From Microcystis aeruginosa NIES-843 (GTDB lineage: Bacteria; Cyanobacteriota; Cyanobacteriia; Cyanobacteriales; Microcystaceae): DNA of 32,000 nucleotides. The DNA is taken from the NCBI RefSeq assembly GCF_000010625.1, contig NC_010296.1, positions 3,120,001 through 3,152,000 of the forward strand, read 5' to 3'. How positions within the stretch are numbered: the first letter of the stretch is position 1; each line of letters starts with the position of its first letter. Positions 17,231 through 26,417 of this stretch are shown piece after piece. Position numbers and translations under genes: made by a program. The notes under the pieces are model-generated. The model did no database searches, was not told the DNA's origin, and saw only the letters and a list, made by a program, of their open reading frames with translations.

Positions 17231-17953
17231 ATGGTATTCATTAAACTTGTCAAAAATTCTATTGGGGGAGCCGTACTTATCAGTTTGGCAACAATAGGTA
17301 CTGCTAATGCTCTTCAAATTACACCTATCAGTTATGATATGGAAAATGGAGGCGGAGGATTGTTTAAATACTGGGACAAGAAATATAATGGCACTGGAAA
17401 CACGTCGCTAGATTATGCTCCTCTCAGCGGAGGAGTTGGAGATCTAACTGATGGCATAATTCCTACACAAAACTGGAATGTTGTAGAAAATGCAGAGGGT
17501 ACAGGACCTTATGTTGGTTGGGAAAACCGGAATCCTGTCATTACTTTTAACTTTGCTGGCACAGTAAAGTTAAACTCAGTTACTGTCCATGTGGATGACT
17601 CAAATGGTAATGGTGGTGTTTCCGTACCGCAAAGTATATTATTAAGTATGGGTAGCTCTAATTACAATTCGGGAACTCTTACTGATCCGCCTAGTGCAGC
17701 GCCAACATCCTATACTTTTTCAGGATTAAATTTTAGTGGTAGTTCCCTACAACTTACTCTAAATCGACGCACTGCGTGGGTCCTTGCCAGCGAAGTTACT
17801 TTTGATGGCGAACTTTTGGGTGTCCAACCAGTTCCCGAACCCACTTCTACTTTAGGCTTCCTCGCTCTCGGCACTATCGGCGCAGCTTCAACCCTGAAAC
17901 GCAAACTAAAATCATCCAAACCATCAGAAAAAGAAACCACAAAAGTAGGCTAA
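17231..17953 (+). CDS. PEP-CTERM sorting-domain secreted protein
   Basis: N-terminal signal-like hydrophobic segment. The C-terminal VPEP motif is followed by a TM stretch (TSTLGFLALGTIGAAS) and basic TLKRKLK. Confidence 0.85.
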   Translation: MVFIKLVKNSIGGAVLISLATIGTANALQITPISYDMENGGGGLFKYWDKKYNGTGNTSLDYAPLSGGVGDLTDGIIPTQNWNVVENAEGTGPYVGWENRNPVITFNFAGTVKLNSVTVHVDDSNGNGGVSVPQSILLSMGSSNYNSGTLTDPPSAAPTSYTFSGLNFSGSSLQLTLNRRTAWVLASEVTFDGELLGVQPVPEPTSTLGFLALGTIGAASTLKRKLKSSKPSEKETTKVG

Positions 17954-17978
17954 ATTGCCCACTAAAATACCATAAATG

Positions 17979-18012
17979 CCTCTTCATTCGGTCAGTTGAG
18001 GGGGTATTTTTT
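17979..18012 (+). terminator. putative rho-independent terminator
   Basis: The 8-bp stem cctcttca / tgaggggg includes two G-U pairs and is followed by tattttttg. It lies 26 nt after the stop codon. Confidence 0.55.
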
Positions 18013-18118
18013 GTGTATTGTTTATTGTCTATTATTTAATTGCTGCTAACTAATTGACAACAAGAGCGTTTTTTTATGGTAAAATAGTTGGCCTAGTGTA
18101 AATATAGTAAAAGTTGAA

Positions 18119-18373
18119 ATGTCTGTCACCCATATTAATAATCTTCAAGACCAGATTTTGCAAAGTATTAAGACTTTACCGCTAGAAAAACAGCAACAAG
18201 TCCTTGAATTTGTCAAATCCTTACAAAGAAATTCACGTTTTCAGAAATGGGACAATATTTCAGATGCAGAAGCACAATCGTTACAAAATGAATTTGCTCA
18301 AGAGGATATTAGCTTTTCAGAAAGTATTTTACCCGATTATTTATCTCACCTTAAACAAGAGGATAAGGAATAA
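18119..18373 (+). CDS. DUF2281-like antitoxin (MazE position)
   Basis: …SIKTLPLEKQQQVLEFVKSL… It abuts the mazF start (TAA then ATG). Confidence 0.65.
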   Translation: MSVTHINNLQDQILQSIKTLPLEKQQQVLEFVKSLQRNSRFQKWDNISDAEAQSLQNEFAQEDISFSESILPDYLSHLKQEDKE

Positions 18374-18709
18374 ATGCGAGGCGATATTTATCTAGCTGAT
18401 TTGAATCCGAGTCGTGGTTCAGAACAAGCTGGTATTCGACCTGTTATTATTGTCCAACATAACAATATTGATCGCTTCACTAGCACTGTTGTTGTAATTC
18501 CATTAACCAGTAATTTACGTCGCGCACAAATTCCCGGAACAATGGTTATTCCCGCAGGACAAGGAGGCTTAAATCAGGAATCAGTAGCCTTATGTTATCA
18601 AATTGTTGTTATTGATAAACAACGACTTCAGAGACAGTTGGGGACACTTTCTTCTAGTTATTTACAGCAATTGGAAGATGCTACGCGATACACATTAGAT
18701 TTAACATAA
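18374..18709 (+). CDS. mazF: MazF/PemK-family endoribonuclease toxin
   Basis: MRGDIYLADLNPSRGSEQAGIRPVIIVQ…VVVIPLTS… is the canonical MazF/PemK N-terminal signature. Confidence 0.85.
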   Translation: MRGDIYLADLNPSRGSEQAGIRPVIIVQHNNIDRFTSTVVVIPLTSNLRRAQIPGTMVIPAGQGGLNQESVALCYQIVVIDKQRLQRQLGTLSSSYLQQLEDATRYTLDLT

Positions 18710-18760
18710 AACCCTAATATGAATGTTTAATTAGTTTAATTTTCTGTCTGGAAAACTTGA

Positions 18761-18865
18761 ACTTTAAGTCTCCTGGTAGTCAGTACACTCGGCGCAGGTG
18801 CAACCCTGAAGCGCAAACTAAAACCCTCCCAATCCATTGAAAAAGAAACCAGAAAAGTAGGCTAA
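18761..18865 (+). pseudogene. 3' remnant of a second PEP-CTERM gene
   Basis: It reads …LLVVSTLGAGATLKRKLKPSQSIEKETRKVG*. This is homologous at DNA level to 17877-17953 and continues into a homologous terminator. No PEP motif or upstream coding sequence remains. Confidence 0.7.
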
Positions 18866-18890
18866 ATTGCTTCTAAAAATACCATAAACG

Positions 18891-18926
18891 CCCCTTCATT
18901 TACTCCCTTGAAGGGGATTATTTTTT
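18891..18926 (+). terminator. putative rho-independent terminator
   Basis: Perfect 8-bp stem ccccttca / tgaagggg with a 10-nt loop, followed by attatttttt. Confidence 0.7.
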
Positions 18927-18975
18927 CCACCTTTTTAAACTCTAAAAATTTCAGAGTTCACAGCTTATCGCTTAC

Positions 18976-19443
18976 TTAAGACGGATGATTATTAGGATTT
19001 TCCATCAGCAATCCCTCACTGATCACAGCGACATTCAATTCATTATCTGCCGAGACAAAAGTGATAGAAGGTAAACCACTAGCTAGGCAAAGTGTATTAA
19101 CAGCACAACCTACTGCTAACTGGATTGCGTCATAACCTCTTAAACCATAAGTTTCCGCTAATACCATTCCTGAATTAATTATACTTTCGGTAATTTCAAT
19201 GACTTGATAATCTTTAAGCGAGTCCTTTCTCAACTGATGAACTATTGCCGTTGCATCCGTAACGCTAATACTTCCAGTGCGGGATCTTCGCGTAATAGCA
19301 GCCACAATTTCTACCTTGGCGATTGCGGCAATAAATATTTCATTATTTAAAGCAGCAGCAAATAATCCCAATACCCACGCTGAACCGGTTTCGCTGATAT
19401 AACGCTTGACCAAGGCACTACTATCTAGGAAATAAAGTGCCAT
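18976..19443 (-). CDS. vapC: PIN-domain ribonuclease toxin
   Basis: MALYFLDSSALVKRY… is a PIN N-terminal motif. It directly abuts the upstream antitoxin (19444). Confidence 0.8.
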   Translation of the reverse strand: MALYFLDSSALVKRYISETGSAWVLGLFAAALNNEIFIAAIAKVEIVAAITRRSRTGSISVTDATAIVHQLRKDSLKDYQVIEITESIINSGMVLAETYGLRGYDAIQLAVGCAVNTLCLASGLPSITFVSADNELNVAVISEGLLMENPNNHPS

Positions 19444-19707
19444 TTAACGGCGTTCCTCAATAATCGTTTCTGAAATAGGTTTTCCCTCGATTTCAATCAA
19501 TCGTCGCTCAGTTATCGGTTGAGATGAAGGACGCTTAATCTGCTTGACTAATCCAGCATCAAGAAGAGATTGGTGAAATACCGCTTGTTTCTCAGCTTCT
19601 TCTTTATCCATAAGATGCTGTTGAATCGTCTGATTAAGCAGCTGAAGTTCTTTTAGCTCAAGAGTCTCAAGCTGATTCAAGATTTGAGTAAGGATTGCCT
19701 GTGTCAT
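19444..19707 (-). CDS. antitoxin partner of the PIN toxin (VapB position)
   Basis: An 87-aa charged protein whose stop is adjacent to the vapC start. The family is not recognised. Confidence 0.6.
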   Translation of the reverse strand: MTQAILTQILNQLETLELKELQLLNQTIQQHLMDKEEAEKQAVFHQSLLDAGLVKQIKRPSSQPITERRLIEIEGKPISETIIEERR

Positions 19708-20004
19708 AATCTGCTACTTTTTTTGCTGTCTGAGTAATTAATATTTTATAGCAAAGTTATAATTGAGTTAGTACAATGGACAGTATCATAAAAATTCACT
19801 CTTTAGACCTGCTTGATCGTAAATTTTTAGATTCTAGGCGCTTAATATCCTCTTGCCAGTAGCTGTTGAAAAGCAAAATGATCAAATCCTAGAGAACCGC
19901 TTGGATATTTGTTTGATTCTTGGCCAATTCTGCCAATGTCATTCCCTTTGTAAGTCGTTCAATTTCACTGCATCAGCTTAATTCCTTGCCAATAAATCAA
20001 ATAA

Positions 20005-20433
20005 CTGGACTTCCCCCGTATAAACATACTAGCTATGGCTAAAAGTCTTATAGAGCCTGAGTTAAAGCCATATAATACTAATGGACTACTGGACACAAAC
20101 TCCTGAAGTCCTTACGCTGATAGGGTTTGAGGCAAAAATTTTCAAATTTGACCTTTCGACCATTATAGCTTGTTTCGGGGCAGAAAACCAGCAAAAACAT
20201 GGCTACAGAGGGAATCGCTGACTCTAGAGATTAATGACACCATCTGTTACAATGAGGTTAGCGATCACTATACAGCCAACTCTACGGAATCGCTCTACTC
20301 CAGATACAGTCAACGGTACAGCCATTTTCAAGCGAAAAATGTACCCAGTAGTGGCTTGTCAATTTTTTCTGAGAAGCTCCATGCAGTAAGGGTTTTGTTG
20401 ATTTTTTAGTATTTCTGTATGGGGGAAGTCCAG
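20005..20433. mobile_element. MITE-like non-autonomous element (429 bp)
   Basis: The 25-bp terminal inverted repeats are ctggacttcccccgtataaacatac (20005-20029) and gtatttctgtatgggggaagtccag (20409-20433), matching at 20 of 25 positions. They are flanked by a perfect 6-bp direct duplication aaataa (19999-20004 / 20434-20439). No credible transposase lies inside. Confidence 0.75.
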
Positions 20434-20534
20434 AAATAAAGACAAAGACTTTATCCCCAGTTTTGGCAACTATTCTCGGTGTGAGAGGAGGAGGCAGATT
20501 TTGCTGCCGTTTCCTCCTGATAGCTAAGACAGGA

Positions 20535-21587
20535 TCAGTTTTTGCGGTAAAAAATCTTACTGCCTTGGTCACTGACAAAATGACAATTGCGGTAGGACAG
20601 CCAGAGAGATTTGAAAATCGGTTCTTTCGAGACGCGATAATAGTCTCCTAAGACGGGACGGATGGCCTCGGTTGCTTCTTGGAGATGATAGTGGGGAATA
20701 GTAATAAAAATATGATGGGCGACGTGAGTACCAATTTGGTGATGGATGGGATTAAAGATGCCATAATCGCGATCGATGGTAGAAAGCGCCCCTTTGAGAA
20801 AGTACCAGTCTTGACCGCGATACCAGGGAATATCATCTTCGGTGTGGTGTAGGAATGTCACTAGGTCTAACCAAACCACAAAGACGATATAGGGCATGAT
20901 GTAGTAGTTAAACAGAAACCAAAAGCCTTGGCTGATACCCACCCCGATTAATAGACCTAACATAAAGGTACAGCAAAAGGTGCTAGTCAGTACCTGCCAC
21001 CGTTCCGAGGGGCGAAAGAGGGGGCTTTCGGGCATAAAATGGGACCCCTGTTTATTAGGGGAACGACGGAAAAGATAGAGGGGATAAACAAATAAAATTA
21101 GCTGAAAACGAGCTAATTTTTCGTACCAAGCCATATTGTTATACTGGGTTTCCGTGACGGGATACCAACTTTCATCGGTGTCGATATTGCCGGTATTAGC
21201 GTGATGGGTGCGATGACTGATGCGCCAACCGTGGAAAGGTACGAGAATGGGAGTATGACTGAGATGACCGATTAGGTTATTTAACCAACGATAACGGGAA
21301 AAGGAACCGTGACCGCAATCGTGACCGACGACAAATAGGGCCCAAAACATGGTTCCCTGCATAAACCAAAAAAGGGGGAAGAACCATGCTTGATTAATCT
21401 GGTAAGTTATCCAGTAAAGTAGGGTAATGATGCCAATATCAAAAAAAAAGTAGGCTAAAGAGCGAAAAACGCTTGATTGGAAGCAACGGGCTGGGATAGC
21501 TAGACGGACATCCTGTAGGGTAAATGGCAAAAATTCTCTTTTTAGGGAGGGTTTAGGTAGGGTTTGGGACACTAGGTTATAACTCAA
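20535..21587 (-). CDS. desB: omega-3 (delta-15) acyl-lipid fatty-acid desaturase
   Basis: Three His boxes (HDCGHGSF, HRTHH, HVAHH). There is extended colinear similarity to Synechocystis DesB as I recall it (LPFTLQ…AIPA.CF, GNIDTDESWYP, WLDLVTFLHHTE, YFLKGALSTIDRDYG). The start is TTG. Confidence 0.9.
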   Translation of the reverse strand: MSYNLVSQTLPKPSLKREFLPFTLQDVRLAIPARCFQSSVFRSLAYFFFDIGIITLLYWITYQINQAWFFPLFWFMQGTMFWALFVVGHDCGHGSFSRYRWLNNLIGHLSHTPILVPFHGWRISHRTHHANTGNIDTDESWYPVTETQYNNMAWYEKLARFQLILFVYPLYLFRRSPNKQGSHFMPESPLFRPSERWQVLTSTFCCTFMLGLLIGVGISQGFWFLFNYYIMPYIVFVVWLDLVTFLHHTEDDIPWYRGQDWYFLKGALSTIDRDYGIFNPIHHQIGTHVAHHIFITIPHYHLQEATEAIRPVLGDYYRVSKEPIFKSLWLSYRNCHFVSDQGSKIFYRKN

Positions 21588-21870
21588 GATAGATGACAGG
21601 GCAGTATTGACGAAAGCTTGAGAACTAAACTTTTCTGTTTCTCGATGCGCTATCTTTTCTCTATCTCAGCTAGGAGCGGATAAGACCGAGCGATCGAGCG
21701 AATTTCGTCTAACTCACCAGAATTATATTGTAGGGCTTAATGTAACTTAACAAAAGCCCCTAGGGAAAGTGAATCACATTCTCCCCCTGTCTGTCCGTCT
21801 GTCCCCTTGGACATCTAGTACAATAATATCTGAGAAAATAGATAAGACTCTCGGTTATTCAATCAACATT

Positions 21871-22911
21871 ATGAACGAGTTACCTATTCGTCCAGCTAAC
21901 AAAAATTTTACCCATAGTCGCTTGACTTTTGCCGATTTTTATGCGGGAATTGGTGGCTTTCGTCTCGGTCTTGAACAAATCGGTTGGCAATGTGTTTTTA
22001 GTAACGAAAATAACCCAGATTGTGTGAAAACCTACAATCACAATTTTCATGAATCCATAAAACCGCAAGATGTTGAAGCTTTAATTCCTAGCTTACTTCC
22101 CGATTTTGAGGTTTTTTGTGGGGGATTTCCCTGTCAGCCATTTTCCAGAGCAGGACAACAAAAAGGTTGGCAAGACAGTCGCGGACTAGCCATTCAGGAA
22201 ATTATCAGAATTTGCCATGAAAAAAAGCCTAAAGTTATCTTTCTTGAAAATGTTAGTAATATCGTGCGCTTAAATCAAGGGCAGATATTAAAAGATATAT
22301 TAATCCAGTTAAAAGAAATAAATTATCTGGCTTTTTATGCAGTTATCGATAGTAAATATTTCCAAATTCCTCAATCAAGACCTCGCTTTTTTTTATTGGC
22401 TTTCCGAAAGGATTTAGGAATTAAAAACTTTCAATTTCCCCAACATTGCCATGCAGAAGTGGGTATTGAAAAAATTATTGTTCCAGGGGATTATTCAATT
22501 CCCATATCGGGAAAATGGCAGCAGTATATTGATTATTATGCTGGCAGAATTAATGCCGAACAATTATCTTTTCAAATGCCAAAAACAAGAATAAGTATTG
22601 AAAGGGCAAGTGTTAATGTAGATTATGATAATTGTATTTATCAAATGAGATCTAGTGGCATCCGAGCAATTTCTATCCAAAAACCCTTTCCTACTTTTGC
22701 AGTTAGTGTTAGCGGTGGTGGTGCCATGATTCCAGTGTATAGCAAGGAAAGAAGACATTTAAGTCTCTTAGAAATAAAAAGATTAATGGGATTTCCCGAT
22801 GATTATTATTTTCCTGTTTCTCGCACCGCTGCTATTAAACAACTTTCTAACGCTGTCTGTCCCCCAGTCATTAAACATATTGGTATAAATATTACTAAAT
22901 CACTTAATTAG
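21871..22911 (+). CDS. DNA (cytosine-5)-methyltransferase
   Basis: Motif I FADFYAGIGGF, motif IV GGFPCQPFS, motif VI FLENV, motif VIII QSRPRFF, motif X NAVCPPV. The track ORF starts at 21769, but the ATG at 21871 (MNELPIRP…) is more plausible. Confidence 0.9.
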   Translation: MNELPIRPANKNFTHSRLTFADFYAGIGGFRLGLEQIGWQCVFSNENNPDCVKTYNHNFHESIKPQDVEALIPSLLPDFEVFCGGFPCQPFSRAGQQKGWQDSRGLAIQEIIRICHEKKPKVIFLENVSNIVRLNQGQILKDILIQLKEINYLAFYAVIDSKYFQIPQSRPRFFLLAFRKDLGIKNFQFPQHCHAEVGIEKIIVPGDYSIPISGKWQQYIDYYAGRINAEQLSFQMPKTRISIERASVNVDYDNCIYQMRSSGIRAISIQKPFPTFAVSVSGGGAMIPVYSKERRHLSLLEIKRLMGFPDDYYFPVSRTAAIKQLSNAVCPPVIKHIGINITKSLN

Positions 22912-24072
22912 CTCGATTTAACCGGTCTTCAATATTTTCTTGAGTGGGGAAAATAATCTTAGTTACTTCAGGAAAAGCTAAGACGCATTCTGAACATTTA
23001 TCAGGAGCATAGTTACAAAGATTACAGATTTGCCATTTGCATTTATTACAATAGAAGCAGAGAGCTTGAAAATTGTCATCGGCACTATTTCCACCTTTTT
23101 CTACGAGAATCCGATGATCCCAAACTAAACGCACTCGATCCCTAGCATAGGTATTTTGATTAATATTTTCTTTCTTTTTAAGAATTGAGCCAGAAAAATT
23201 ACATTTATTTTTTTGTTGTTCTAAGATATTTCTCTGAATTAGGGATGAGGGAGGTGTTCTAATCGGTGGTTTAGTAGTGGTAAAAAGTCGTTGATGATCG
23301 GAACTATCTAAAATATACTTTGCACGGCTATAACTTGCATTTTTTACTCAAAGACAATAATATATAGCGGTTCTCGCATCTGTGCGGCACACTTAAACCT
23401 TTGCTGATTAAGCTGTTCAGGATCGGGAATGTACCTCTTGTGAATCAGAAACGCTATAGTTTAAGAGTCATAATTAGAAGCAAAGCACTCATTAAAAACA
23501 TGATTAACCTAGAATTCACGGAAGAAGAAAAGAACTCACTGTATTATGAAAGATTTCATCATCCCCATCCCCGGGTTCAACTGAAGATGGAAGTTCTCTG
23601 GTTAAAGAGCCAAAAGATACCGCACCAAAAAATTTGTCAGTTAGCAGGAATCTCGCCAAATACCTTATTAACCTATCTTCGAGATTATGAAGAAGGCGGA
23701 ATAGAAAAATTAAAAGAAATCAACTTCTATCGCCCTAAAAGTGAATTAGAGTCTCAAAAAGAAACGCTCAAAAAATACTTCGAGAAAAATCCACCAGCCA
23801 CAATAAATGAAGCTGTATATAGGAGAGAAGAATTAACGGGAATAAAACGAAGTCCTACCCAAGTTAGAAAATTTTTAAAATCAATGGGAATGAAATGTTT
23901 AAAAGTAGGTTCTCTTCCTTCTAAAGCTGACCGGGATGAACAAGAGGACTACAAAGAAAAAAAGCTAGAACCCAGACTAAATGAGGCTAAAGAAGGAAAA
24001 AGGGCTGTTTTTTTTGTTGATGCCGCTCACTTCGTCATGGGAGCATTTCTCGGTTTTGTTTGGTGTTTTGAG

Positions 24073-25251
24073 GGGAGCATCCCAGTTTTGCAATGAGTAA
24101 AAATACTCAGGCAATATCGCCGTTGAGATAAGCACAACGTAGCTTCAAATACTGAGGAACATTCTCTGCTTTCCATTGTGCTCCCACAATTTTCATTCTT
24201 GCACCTATTTGCTTAATCTTTGACTCTACACTTCCAGAACCGATGCAAATCCCTTGTGATTGATAGAGTTCGTAATTGGGTATTCTTTCTCGATGTTTAT
24301 CGACATATTTGGTGAAATTTATAGCCTGTTTCTTTTTGCATCCCTCTAATTCCTCTAAAACTCTTTTCACCTCTCCTTTCCATAAATTCTCTTTGATTCT
24401 ATTCAGACGCTTGTTTGACCCGCCTATTTTCTTCATATTCTCTACTAAATGATACCAATCCAATATTTCTCTCCTTTTAACACCGATTTTCTCCATCAGA
24501 TTCCACACCCCATCATGACCATCTCCTAAACAGGTGACTACCTCTGTTAAGGGCTGACGGTTCACCCATTCCAGTAATTCTTCATTTTGCTGAAAAAATC
24601 CCGCACATTCTTGACCATGCAGACTTACTGCTTTGTAATCTCGACCTTGACTCGGTTGTCCTTTGGGCGTTCTGATTCTGACTTTTCCGACCTCTACACT
24701 CAATGCTTCTACCGGACTCTTTGCTTCTGCTTCCTCAAATTTATATCTTTGTACAAGCCTCTGTTGACTACTGCCTGAAACTGCCATTCCTGTCGCCATT
24801 TTGATAGCTTTTTCCGCATCTTCAAAAGAGACTTTAGCCACTGCTCCTAAGCAACATTTCTCCAGCATGGGACTTAATCGATTATTCTTGCTTAATCCTA
24901 GTTTATCGGCTTGTTTCTCGCTTATCTTGACTTTCCCTATGATACTGCTTACGCTTTTGGTTCGCCCTGCTTGGGTTCCTGTTGCTGATTCAAAAAAAAA
25001 TTGCCTATGGCAGGACCCAATGTAGTCAGCCAATGGTCTCGCAGGGCGGTTTCAATGCCCTCAAAGCTACGTAGTTGTTCTTCTGGGGTATTATCGACTA
25101 GAATTTGAGCAATGGCTTTTAAATGTTGATCTAGTTGTTCTTTTTGGTCTGTATTCATGATTCTACCGTTTAATTGTTTCTCTTTATTTTGCCTTAGCTA
25201 ACGTTTTTAGTCTCTAAGCATTTATACTTATGGCAAAATTGGGATGCTCCC
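24073..25251 (-). mobile_element. ISKra4-family element (1179 bp)
   Basis: Terminal inverted repeats are gggagcatcccagttttgc / gcaaaattgggatgctccc. A perfect 9-bp target duplication tgttttgag lies at 24064-24072 and 25252-25260. Confidence 0.85.
24107..25158 (-). pseudogene. ISKra4-family transposase split by a frameshift in a T9 run
   Basis: ORFs 24949-25158 and 24107-25033 overlap. The switch …GPAIGNFF(F)/ESATGTQAGRTKS… occurs at the homopolymer 24992-25000 (A9 on the plus strand). Conserved blocks are LSPMLEKCCL, CLGDGHDGVWN, ILDWYHL and RCAYLNG. Confidence 0.8.
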
Positions 25252-26018
25252 TGTTTTGAGAGACTTTTTGTTAAGTCACCGAGCGGGCGTAAACGCTTCA
25301 ATGTTTTAGGAGCATTAAATGCAATAACTCATGAAGTTATTCTGGTTACGAATGACACTTATATTACAGCAACTCAAGTCTGTGAACTCCGGTCAAAAAT
25401 AGCTGCTTTAGGAATAACTATTCCCATCACTCTAGTCTTAGATAATGCCCGCTATCAAAAATGTAAAATTGTTGAAGAATTGGCTCTTTCTTTGTCAATA
25501 GAGCTACTCTATTTGCCGTCTTATTCGCCTAATCTAAATTTAATTGAAAGGCTGTGGAAATTGGTCAAAAAGAAATGTTTGTATGGTAAATACTATGAAA
25601 ACTTTTCTGACTTTTCTTCAGCTATTTATGAATGTCTGAATGATGCCCACCTGAAACATAAAAAAGAACTGGATTCCTTGCTCACTCTACGATTTCAGAA
25701 GTTTAATAAATCTCAGATTATGAACGTCTAAAGTATATATTTTTGACTGCCTAATCTTTTTTGTCCTGGGGGAGCATAAATAAAATTAAATCCCTCTTCA
25801 TTCCAAAGTTCGCTAAAAGGTTTATTAGCATCAGCATAGGAGTCTTGAATTAAATTTTCAGGAATTTTACCCTTGAGTGTAGTTTTTATCTCTTGTAAAT
25901 TATTGGTCGCATTAGTTAGATCGCTCTCACAACCTTCTCCATACCTAATCAAAGTTAGCAAAGCAGCAATAGTTCTTTTTTTATATAAAATAATTACTCT
26001 GTTATCATTAAAGATAAT

Positions 26019-26205
26019 GGTTCTTCGTTACTTGGTATGGTTCGATAGGGGGGCATAAATCGACTAAATCCTTATCTGGCAAGAGACTTAATTGATTAGT
26101 TCGCTCTAGATAAAAAACAATTGACAAAAATCGCTAAATGCCTTTCTATATAAGGGTTCCATCCCTTATAACCCCCGTCCATTGCATAACAATTACCGAA
26201 GAGCC
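26019..26205 (-). mobile_element. ISL3-derived MITE, copy 1 (187 bp)
   Basis: Termini are ggttcttcg… (26019) and …cgaagagcc (26205). A perfect 8-bp duplication aagataat lies at 26011-18 and 26206-13. It is colinear, in inverse orientation, with 30948-31134. Its ends resemble those of the ISL3 element at 5876-7297. Confidence 0.85.
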
Positions 26206-26326
26206 AAGATAATTAAATATCCTTTTTCCTGAGGATTCTTGGTAATTTCCCTAATATCTTCTAACTTGATCCCACTCATCTTAATACCTCTAGAGACTAC
26301 AGATAACTGGCTGTTAAAAATTGTCA

Positions 26327-26410
26327 GATACCCCCGCCTATCGGCACCCCCCTTATCAAGGTGAGCAGGAGGGATCAAAGACAAAATCTATCTTCAATTT
26401 AATTGAAACC
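26327..26410 (+). repeat. single hairpin-repeat unit plus terminal tail, related to 28724-28997
   Basis: cccccgcctatcggcaccccccttatcaagg…ggatcaaagacaaaatctatcttcaatttaattgaaacc parallels the last unit and tail of the array at 28.7-29.0 kb. Confidence 0.55.
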
Positions 26411-26417
26411 ACCTACT

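Larger units (their letters stand above)
23500..25731 (+). pseudogene. IS630-family transposase interrupted by ISKra4
   Basis: Segments 23500-24072 and 25261-25731 join in frame (…GFVWCFE|RLFVKSPSGRKRFNVLGALN…LVLDNARYQK…LPSYSPNLNLIERLWK…) to give 348 codons without other lesions. Confidence 0.8.
23363..25737 (+). mobile_element. IS630-family element carrying a nested ISKra4 insertion
   Basis: Imperfect termini are tatagcggttc… / …gaacgtctaaagtata, flanked by TA on both sides (23361-62, 25738-39). Boundaries are approximate. Confidence 0.7.
22904..26279 (-). pseudogene. HNH-type restriction endonuclease gene disrupted by a MITE, an IS630 element and a TGA
   Basis: Three segments, 26279-26206, 26010-25740 and 23360-22904, join into one 268-codon frame after removing the MITE (plus its 8-bp duplication) and IS630 (plus its TA). 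The C-terminus carries an HNH pattern (WDHRILVEKGGNSADDNFQALCFYCNKCK). One in-frame TGA lies at 23350-23348. The gene is convergent with the methyltransferase and overlaps it by 8 bp. Confidence 0.7.

Noticed and set aside
18054-18085. Sigma70-type promoter (ttgaca … tatggt/taaaat) upstream of the mazEF-type cassette
   Set aside because: Spacing between the -35-like hexamer and either -10 candidate is 15 or 20 nt rather than about 17. It is not convincing without TSS data.
19760-19990. Possible decayed small gene pair on the minus strand (MTLAELAKNQTNIQAVL*DLIILLFNSYWQEDIKRLESKNL…)
   Set aside because: It is only about 49 codons with an internal TAG and no recognisable family. The evidence is insufficient to call it a pseudogene.
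20170-20651. ORFs 20170-20409 (+), 20282-20578 (-), 20463-20651 (+) and 20648-20836 (-)
   Set aside because: They lie inside the MITE-like element, in the desB 3' flank, or antisense to or overlapping desB. They have odd composition and no RBS or family resemblance.
23136-23150. A 10-nt match (tcgatcccta) to the 3' T-arm of tRNA-Arg as a possible island att site
   Set aside because: The match is too short, diverges immediately, lies inside the nuclease coding frame, and no integrase is present. It is most likely chance.
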